64,000 nucleotides of DNA, from assembly GCF_041913585.1 (NCBI RefSeq), contig NZ_JAYSFE010000001.1, forward strand, positions 67,033 through 131,032, in the 5' to 3' direction. Position 1 is the first letter of the stretch. Each line of letters begins with the position of its first letter. The notes beneath the pieces are model-generated. The model ran no database searches. It was given only the letters and a program-made list of their open reading frames with translations, and was not told where the DNA came from. Position numbers and translations under genes: made by a program. Source of the DNA: Stella sp. (GTDB lineage Bacteria; Pseudomonadota; Alphaproteobacteria; ATCC43930; Allostellaceae). Shown here in pieces: positions 57,590-64,000 of this stretch.

Positions 57590-58075
57590 ATGACAAACGG
57601 CGTCGAAGCCCTCTACAGCGACCGGGTCAAGGCCCTGGCCGGCGACATCCCGCGGACCACGCGGCTCGCCGCGCCCGATGCCACGGTGACGATGACGAGC
57701 CCGCTCTGCGGCAGCCGGGTGACCGTCGACGTCCGCCTCGAGGGCGACCGCGTCGCCGATTTCGGGCAGACGGTACGCGCCTGCACGCTGGGCCAGGCCT
57801 CGGCCTCGATCATGGGGCGGCACGTCGTCGGCCGTCCCGCGGCGGAAATCCGGGCGGTGGCCAAGACGCTCAAGGCGATGCTAAAGGAAGGGGCGCCGCC
57901 GCCCGAGGGGGAATGGTCCGAACTCGCGGTCCTCGCCCCGGCGCAGCGGTTCAAGTCGCGGCACGGGTCGATCCTCCTGGCATTCGATGCCGTGGTCGCG
58001 GCGCTCGACGACATCCAAGGCCACCGGCCCGATGCGGCCCCGGCCAAGGGCCTGCCTGACACGATGCGCGTGTAG
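57590..58075 (+). CDS. IscU/NifU_N-like (U-type) scaffold homologue
   Basis: [28 protein letters not shown]. Confidence 0.85.
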   Translation: MTNGVEALYSDRVKALAGDIPRTTRLAAPDATVTMTSPLCGSRVTVDVRLEGDRVADFGQTVRACTLGQASASIMGRHVVGRPAAEIRAVAKTLKAMLKEGAPPPEGEWSELAVLAPAQRFKSRHGSILLAFDAVVAALDDIQGHRPDAAPAKGLPDTMRV

Positions 58076-58119
58076 GCCGTCCCCGGCCGGGCCGCGACGG
58101 CCGCCGGCGCAGGAGTAGA

Positions 58120-60099
58120 GTGATGGTGCAGATTTCGCTTCCCGACGGTTCGGTGCGTCCCTTCGACGCCCCGCCCACGGGACTGGCGCTCGCGGAGAGC
58201 ATCGGCAAGGGCCTCGCCAAGGCCGCCGTCGCCATGCGCGTCGACGGCGTGCTCATGGACCTCACCCGCACCATCGACCAGGACGCCACCGTCGAGATCG
58301 TGACCCGCGACCAGCCGGCCGCGCTCGAACTGCTGCGCCACGACGCCGCCCATGCGCTGGCGGAGGCCGCCAAGGAACTCTATCCCGACGTCCAGGTGAC
58401 GATCGGACCGGCGATCGAGAACGGCTTCTACTACGACTTCTACCGCGAGACGCCGTTCACGCCCGAGGATATGGCGCGCATGGAAGAGCGCATGCGCGAG
58501 ATCGTCGATCGCGACGAGCCGATCACGCGCGAGGTCTGGGACCGCCAGCAGGCGATCCTCCATTTCCAGTCGATCGGCGAGCACTACAAGGCGCAGATCA
58601 TCCAGGACCTGCCGCCGGGCGAGGTCATCACGGTCTATCGCCAGGGCGCCTTCGTCGACCTCTGCCGCGGCCCGCACCTGCCGTCGACCGGCCGGCTCGG
58701 CAAGGCCTTCAAGCTGATGAAGCTGGCCGGCGCCTACTGGCGCGGCGACCATCGCAACGCCCAGCTGCAGCGCGTCTACGGCACCGCCTGGGCGAGCGAG
58801 AAGGACCTCAAGGCCTACCTGACCCAGCTCGAGGAGGCGGAGAAGCGCGACCATCGCCGCCTCGGCCGCGAGATGGGCCTCTTCCACCAGCAGGAAGAGG
58901 CGGCCGGCATGATCTTCTGGCACCCCAAGGGCTGGCGCCTCTATCGCCGGCTGGAGGCCTGGCTGCGCGAGCGGCTGGATCGGGCGGGCTATGTCGAGGT
59001 CAAGACGCCGCAGCTCGTCGACCGCAAGCTGTGGGAGGCATCGGGCCACTGGGAGAAGTTCCGCGAGAGCATGTACATCGCGGAGAACGAGGAGGGCGTG
59101 AAGGCCTTCGCCGAGGATCCGACGGAGCGGATCTTCGCGCTGAAGCCGATGAACTGCCCGTGCCACGTCCAGATCTTCAACCAGGGCCTGAAGAGCTACC
59201 GCGACCTGCCGCTGCGGATGGCCGAGTTCGGCTCCTGCCACCGTTTCGAGCCGGGCGGGGCGCTGCACGGCATCATGCGGGTGCGCAACTTCGTCCAGGA
59301 CGACGCGCACATCTTCTGCACCGAGGACCAGATCATCTCGGAGAGCAAGGCGTTCTGCCAGTTGCTGCTCGGCGTCTACCGCGACCTCGGCTTCGCCGAC
59401 GTGTTCGTCAAGCTGGCCGACCGGCCGGCGAAGCGACACGGCAGCGACGCGGTGTGGGACAAGGCCGAGGCGGCGCTCGCGGCGGCCTGCGACGCCTCCG
59501 GGCTGCCCTATGTCCTCAACCCGGGCGAGGGCGCGTTCTACGGTCCCAAGCTCGAGTTCACGCTGCGCGACACGATCGGCCGCGAGTGGCAGTGCGGCAC
59601 ACTCCAGGTCGACTTCGTGCTGCCGGAGCGGCTGGGCGCCTTCTATGTCGGCGAGGACGGCCAGAAGCACCATCCGGTGATGTTGCACCGGGCGATCTTC
59701 GGCTCGTTCGAGCGCTTCATCGGCATCCTGATCGAGCATTATGCCGGCCGTCTGCCGCTGTGGCTGGCGCCGACCCAGGTGGCGGTGGCGACGATCGTCT
59801 CCGACGCCGACGCCTATGCCGCCGAGGTGGCGGACCTGCTGCGCGCCCGCGGCCTCCGGGTCGAACTCGACCGCCGCAACGAGAAGATCAACTACAAGGT
59901 GCGCGAGCACAGCCTGGCCAAGACCCCGGTCATGCTCGTCGTCGGCAAGCGCGAGACGGAGGAGCGGACGGCCTCGATCCGCCGCCTCGGCCGGCCGGAC
60001 CAGGAAACCCTGGGGCTCGACGCCGCGATCGCCGCCCTGGTGGCCGAAAGCGCCGCCCCGGACGGCACCGCGACGCCGGTCGCCGCCGCCGCCGAGTAG
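58120..60099 (+). CDS. thrS: Threonine--tRNA ligase
   Basis: [52 protein letters not shown]; GTG 58120 or ATG 58123. Confidence 0.99.
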   Translation: MMVQISLPDGSVRPFDAPPTGLALAESIGKGLAKAAVAMRVDGVLMDLTRTIDQDATVEIVTRDQPAALELLRHDAAHALAEAAKELYPDVQVTIGPAIENGFYYDFYRETPFTPEDMARMEERMREIVDRDEPITREVWDRQQAILHFQSIGEHYKAQIIQDLPPGEVITVYRQGAFVDLCRGPHLPSTGRLGKAFKLMKLAGAYWRGDHRNAQLQRVYGTAWASEKDLKAYLTQLEEAEKRDHRRLGREMGLFHQQEEAAGMIFWHPKGWRLYRRLEAWLRERLDRAGYVEVKTPQLVDRKLWEASGHWEKFRESMYIAENEEGVKAFAEDPTERIFALKPMNCPCHVQIFNQGLKSYRDLPLRMAEFGSCHRFEPGGALHGIMRVRNFVQDDAHIFCTEDQIISESKAFCQLLLGVYRDLGFADVFVKLADRPAKRHGSDAVWDKAEAALAAACDASGLPYVLNPGEGAFYGPKLEFTLRDTIGREWQCGTLQVDFVLPERLGAFYVGEDGQKHHPVMLHRAIFGSFERFIGILIEHYAGRLPLWLAPTQVAVATIVSDADAYAAEVADLLRARGLRVELDRRNEKINYKVREHSLAKTPVMLVVGKRETEERTASIRRLGRPDQETLGLDAAIAALVAESAAPDGTATPVAAAAE

Positions 60100-60228
60100 C
60101 CGCGATGCTGCACCGCGTCACGGGAACGTGATGCGGGATTGATACCGGCTCCGTGCCGACTCGCCCGAGGATGGAGACGGTCTCGCTCGCTGCGGCGGGC
60201 GGGCCGCCTCCTCCAGGGCCGGCCGCCT

Positions 60229-60285
60229 GGCCGCCCGGATGGCTGATCCGGCGGCCCGTCTTCCGCGTACCGGTTGCGGAGGACG
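60229..60285 (+). promoter_or_regulatory. Two back-to-back hairpins in rpoH leader; second one sequesters the SD
   Basis: Stem 1 60229-60256 (11 bp, one bulge); stem 2 CGTCTTCCGC/GCGGAGGACG 60257-60285 (10 bp, one G-U) contains GGAGG. Confidence 0.6.
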
Positions 60286-60289
60286 TTCG

Positions 60290-61174
60290 ATGGCCCATCT
60301 CGACGATACCGACACGCAGCGCGCCAATGCCTCGTTCATCCGCACGGCGATGCGGGCGCCGATCCTCAGCCGCGACCACGAGGCGGAACTGGCGCGCCAA
60401 TGGCGCGACCACCGCGACGAACGGGCGCTGCACGAACTGGTGACGGCCTATACCCGGCTCGTCGTCAGCATGGCGGGCCGCTTCCGCCACTACGGCCTGC
60501 CCACCGGCGACCTCATCCAGGAGGGCAATGTCGGGCTGATGCAGGCGGCCGAGCGCTTCGACTGCACGCGCGAGGTCCGCTTCTCGACCTACGCCGCCTG
60601 GTGGATCCGCTCGGCGATGCAGGATTTCGTGTTGCGCAACTGGTCGATCGTGCGCACCGGCACGACGGCCGCGCAGAAGTCGCTCTTCTTCAACCTGCGC
60701 CGGCTGCGCGCCCGCATCGCCGAAGGCGAGCAGAACGGGATGTCGCCCGAGAGCAGCCAGCGGATCGCCGAGACGCTCAAGGTCTCGGTCGCCGACGTCC
60801 AGACCATGGAAATGCGCCTGTCCGCCGCCGACCAGTCGCTGAGCGCGCCGCTCGGCGACAAGGGCGAGGAATCGTGGCAGGACTTCCTCTCCGACCCCAG
60901 GCCCGATCCCGAGCAGGTGGTGATCGGCATGCGCGACGCGGCCTCGCGCTCGCGCTGGCTGGCGGAGGCGCTGGACGCGCTCTCCCCGCGCGAGCGGCGG
61001 ATCATCTGCGAGCGCCGGCTGGTCGACGAGGGGGCGACGCTCGAGGATCTGGGCCGTGCCCTCGGCGTCTCCAAGGAGCGCGTCCGTCAGCTCGAGAACC
61101 GGGCCCTGAACAAGCTGCGCACCGCCATGCGGGCCCGCGTCGCCGTGCCCGACGAACTCTTCGTCGAGGCCTGA
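60290..61174 (+). CDS. rpoH: RNA polymerase sigma-32 factor (RpoH2-like)
   Basis: DLIQEGNVGLMQAA.RFD, RFSTYA.WWIR, RpoH box QKSLFFNLRRL, LGVSKERVRQLE. Confidence 0.93.
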   Translation: MAHLDDTDTQRANASFIRTAMRAPILSRDHEAELARQWRDHRDERALHELVTAYTRLVVSMAGRFRHYGLPTGDLIQEGNVGLMQAAERFDCTREVRFSTYAAWWIRSAMQDFVLRNWSIVRTGTTAAQKSLFFNLRRLRARIAEGEQNGMSPESSQRIAETLKVSVADVQTMEMRLSAADQSLSAPLGDKGEESWQDFLSDPRPDPEQVVIGMRDAASRSRWLAEALDALSPRERRIICERRLVDEGATLEDLGRALGVSKERVRQLENRALNKLRTAMRARVAVPDELFVEA

Positions 61175-61240
61175 TGGCGGCGGGCCGAACGGGCCGCCCC
61201 ATCCTGGCCCTGGCGGCGCCGTTGCGCTAATACAGGGGCC

Positions 61241-62212
61241 ATGCCGAACGCCGACACCGGAACCGCGCGCGCCGACCTCTTCCCGGAGATCGCGCCCTAC
61301 GCCACGGGGATGCTCGCCCTCGACGCCCCGCACGTCATGTACTGGGAAGAGAGCGGTCGCGCCGACGGCGTGCCCGCGATCTTCGTCCACGGCGGGCCCG
61401 GGGCCGGCGCGACGCCGACCCATCGCCGGTTCTTCGATCCCGCCCACTACCGGATCGTGGTGTTCGACCAGCGCGGCTCGGGACGGTCGACGCCGCTCGG
61501 CGCCGTCGACGGCAACGACACCGATGCGCTCGTCGCCGACATGGAGCGCCTGCGCGTGCATCGCGGCATCGACAAGTGGGTCGTCTTCGGCGGCTCCTGG
61601 GGCTCGACGCTGGCGCTGGCCTATGCGACGGCCCATCCCGACCGCGTGCTGGGCCTCGTGCTGCGCGGCATCTTCCTCTGCCGGCGCAGCGAGATCGACT
61701 GGTTCCTCTATGGGATGCGCACCGTCTATCCCGAGGCGTGGCGGAAGTTCTGCGAGGGCGTGCCGGCGGCCGAGCGCGGCGATCTGCTCGGTGCCTACTA
61801 CCGGCGGCTGACCGATCCCGATCCTGCCGTCCACATGCCGGCCGCGCGGAGCTGGAGCCTCTACGAGGGCGCCTGCTCGACCCTGCTGCCGAGCCCGGAG
61901 ACGGTCGCCTCGTTCGGCGAGGACCGCAAGGCGCTGGGGCTGGCACGTATAGAAGCGCACTACTTCACGCACCATGTCTATACGGCGGAGAACGACCTGA
62001 TCCGCCGCATCGACCGGATCCGGAACATTCCGGCCGTCATCGTCCAGGGCCGCTACGACATGGTGTGCCCGATCGTGACCGCCGACGAACTGTCCCGGGC
62101 CTGGCCGGAGGCGCGCTACACGGTCGTTCCGGACGCCGGGCACTCGGCGATGGAGCCCGGCATCCGCAGCCAGCTCGTCGCCGCCACGGAATCGTTCAAG
62201 GGCCTGCGCTGA
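61241..62212 (+). CDS. pip: Proline iminopeptidase
   Basis: HGGPGAG, FDQRGSGRS, VFGGSWGSTL, QGRYDMVCP, AGHSA. Confidence 0.96.
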   Translation: MPNADTGTARADLFPEIAPYATGMLALDAPHVMYWEESGRADGVPAIFVHGGPGAGATPTHRRFFDPAHYRIVVFDQRGSGRSTPLGAVDGNDTDALVADMERLRVHRGIDKWVVFGGSWGSTLALAYATAHPDRVLGLVLRGIFLCRRSEIDWFLYGMRTVYPEAWRKFCEGVPAAERGDLLGAYYRRLTDPDPAVHMPAARSWSLYEGACSTLLPSPETVASFGEDRKALGLARIEAHYFTHHVYTAENDLIRRIDRIRNIPAVIVQGRYDMVCPIVTADELSRAWPEARYTVVPDAGHSAMEPGIRSQLVAATESFKGLR

Positions 62213-62248
62213 AGGCGGGCCCGCGGAGACAGGGAGAAAGGCAGGGCC

Positions 62249-62854
62249 ATGAAGCGCTCACGATCCATCCGCCTCGCACTGCTCGGCACCGTCGGCCTCG
62301 TCGGACTTGCCGGCTGCGACGACACGCCGGTCGCGAGCGAGGGCCAGTTCTTCCGCGACGCCAGCGAGTGCCGCAAGGTCCTGGACGCCGCGACCTGCGA
62401 CAGCCAGTTCGCCGCGGCCCAGAAGGAGCATGTGCGCACGGCGCCGAAGTTCGCCACCAAGGAGCAGTGCGAGGCGCAGTTCGGCGCCGCCAACTGCACC
62501 ACGGCGCCGACGCCGGACGGTGCCCAGGCGCAAGGGACGACCCCGGGCGCGGCCCCGGGGCAGCAGCAGACGGCGCAGTCCGGCAGCGGCGGCTTCTTCA
62601 TGCCGCTGATGCTGGGCTATCTCGGCGGCCAGCTCATGAGCCGCATGGGCCAGCCGCCGCAGCCGGTCTACCGCGACGCCCAGAACCGCGCCTATTCGGG
62701 CGGTGCTGCCGGCGGCCGCAGCATCGGCAACTGGAATCCCTCGGGTGGGTCCGTCGCCACCCCGGCCAGCGCGCGCTCCGATGCCAGTTCCTCGACGCAG
62801 CGGAGCGGCTTCGGCTCGACGGCGACCAGGATGTCGTCCGGCTCCGGTTCGTGA
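62249..62854 (+). CDS. ygiB: DUF1190 (YgiB/YjfM-like) lipoprotein
   Basis: Lipobox LAGC; four Cys, APKFATKEQCEAQFG..NC, FFMPLMLGY, Ser/Gly tail with RSGFG. Confidence 0.8.
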   Translation: MKRSRSIRLALLGTVGLVGLAGCDDTPVASEGQFFRDASECRKVLDAATCDSQFAAAQKEHVRTAPKFATKEQCEAQFGAANCTTAPTPDGAQAQGTTPGAAPGQQQTAQSGSGGFFMPLMLGYLGGQLMSRMGQPPQPVYRDAQNRAYSGGAAGGRSIGNWNPSGGSVATPASARSDASSSTQRSGFGSTATRMSSGSGS

Positions 62855-62861
62855 TCCGGAC

Positions 62862-63977
62862 ATGACCGGGCTCCGCCGGGAGCGGCTGGTTCCGCGCGTC
62901 GACTGGCGTCGACGGGCGGAGGCCCTCGGCTTCTCGTTCCACACCTCGGACGGCGTCCCCTACTGGGACGAGACCGCCTGCTACGCCCTGACGGCCGAAG
63001 CGGTGGACCAGATCGAGGAGGCGACGAACGAACTCGAGCAGATGTGCCTCGCGCTCGTCGACCGGGTGGTCGCGGCCGGCGACTATGGGCGGCTCGGCCT
63101 CTCCGACGAGGCGGCGGGGCTGGTCGAGGCGAGCTGGAAGCGCGGCGACCGCAACCTGATCGGCCGCTTCGACCTGTCCTGGGACGGCGAGGGGCCGCCC
63201 CGGATGCTGGAATACAATGCCGACACGCCGACGTCGCTGTTCGAGGCGGCGGTCGTGCAGTGGGAGTGGATGGAGACGGTCAAGCCCGGCACCGACCAGT
63301 TCAACTCGATCCACGACCGGCTGATCGACGCCTGGGGCCGCTTCGGCATCCGCAACCCGGTGCATTTCGCCTGCGTGCGCGACCATGCCGAGGATTTCGG
63401 CACGGTCGAGTACCTGCGCGACACCGCGACCCAGGCGGGGCTGGCGACGGCCTTCCTCCATATCGACGAGATCGGCTGGAACGGGCTCGGCTTCGTCGAC
63501 CTCGACGACCAGCCGATCCGCACCCTCTTCAAGCTCTATCCGTGGGAATGGCTGCTGGGCGAGGAGTTCGGCCGCAACATCGGGCCGTCGCGGGTACAGA
63601 TGATCGAGCCCGCCTGGAAGATGGTCCTGTCGAACAAGGCGATGCTGCCGCTCCTGTGGGAGATGGCGCCCGGCCATCCCAACCTGCTGGAGGCGTCGTT
63701 CGACCCGGGTGCGATCCAGGGCCCGCAGGTGCGCAAGCCGATCCTCGGCCGCGAGGGCGCCAATGTCGAGATCGTCGGCGGGGAATCCTCGGACGGCCCC
63801 TACGGCGCCGAGGGCTTCGTCTACCAGGCGCTGCACCGGCTGCCCAAGACCGACGGCGGCTATCCGGTGATCGGCTCCTGGGTGGTGGCGTCGCAGTCCG
63901 CCGGCATCGGCATCCGCGAGGACGACGGCCCGATCACCCGCGACGGCAGCCGCTTCGTCCCGCACTACTTCACCTGA
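62862..63977 (+). CDS. ygiC: Glutathionylspermidine synthase-like ATP-grasp ligase (YgiC/YjfC family)
   Basis: YWDETACY, GRFDLSWDG, LEYNADTPTSLFE, FKLYPWEW, EPAWK..LSNK, KPILGREG.N. Confidence 0.92.
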   Translation: MTGLRRERLVPRVDWRRRAEALGFSFHTSDGVPYWDETACYALTAEAVDQIEEATNELEQMCLALVDRVVAAGDYGRLGLSDEAAGLVEASWKRGDRNLIGRFDLSWDGEGPPRMLEYNADTPTSLFEAAVVQWEWMETVKPGTDQFNSIHDRLIDAWGRFGIRNPVHFACVRDHAEDFGTVEYLRDTATQAGLATAFLHIDEIGWNGLGFVDLDDQPIRTLFKLYPWEWLLGEEFGRNIGPSRVQMIEPAWKMVLSNKAMLPLLWEMAPGHPNLLEASFDPGAIQGPQVRKPILGREGANVEIVGGESSDGPYGAEGFVYQALHRLPKTDGGYPVIGSWVVASQSAGIGIREDDGPITRDGSRFVPHYFT

Positions 63978-64000
63978 CCAGCTGCCGCGAAGGGTCGGAC

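Noticed and set aside
60109-60120. Second PhaR-like box TGCACCGCGTCA (also TGCGCTGCCGCT at 54163)
   Set aside because: 10/12 with a mismatch in the core GCA; expected by chance at this GC content
60123-60147. EcfG/sigmaT promoter for rpoH2
   Set aside because: GGAAC is present but no CGTT-like -10 at N16-17 (reads ACCG/CCGG)
60121-60165. Cobalamin riboswitch-like GGGAA..GATG start upstream of rpoH
   Set aside because: Lacks the GCCCCCGC-AACTGT core and AGCCAG/GACC elements; downstream gene is not B12-related

Overview
GC-rich alphaproteobacterial chromosome segment. Gene order suggests a Rhodospirillales-like organism; that is inference from synteny only. About 65 CDS, mostly core housekeeping blocks: (i) his operon hisB-DUF2628-hisH-GNAT-hisA-hisF-hisE-HIT, then murJ and trpS; (ii) TSUP-TIGR02186-USP-nfuA; (iii) tsaB-rimI-fur-olsB-olsA-miaB-phoH-ybeY-corC-lnt-phrR-metK; (iv) minus-strand maoC-ribF-ileS-lspA-DUF3035-M16-M16-pgi-mutL; (v) an accessory patch at about 36-45.5 kb (LysR/TSUP, amidase, TPR-glycosyltransferase, aminotransferase, MocR regulon); (vi) large NAD-GDH, pmtA-mmcB-DUF983, gmhA-hldE, puuE, IscU-like, thrS, rpoH2, pip, ygiB/ygiC-like. 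I found no tRNA, rRNA, CRISPR array, transposase, integrase or phage gene. The very long alternative-frame and antisense ORFs in the track are high-GC artefacts. The most unusual spot is the metK/mutL junction (21.2-24.5 kb). It holds a 51-aa lipoprotein coupled to metK, an orphan MbnP-family lipoprotein whose copper/kynurenine site looks remodelled with no MbnH nearby, and a GT4 domain fused to a yeast Mnn9/Anp1 (GT62)-like domain. Other leads: an SD-occluding double hairpin ahead of rpoH2, a MocR gene with no canonical in-frame start (CTG or G5 tract) and an operator overlapping its own stop, a PhaR-type box upstream of maoC, the pip-ygiB-ygiC ATP-grasp module, and several short tandem duplications at gene boundaries. 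All family calls are motif recognition from memory; no searches were run. Many starts were re-picked inside longer track ORFs.
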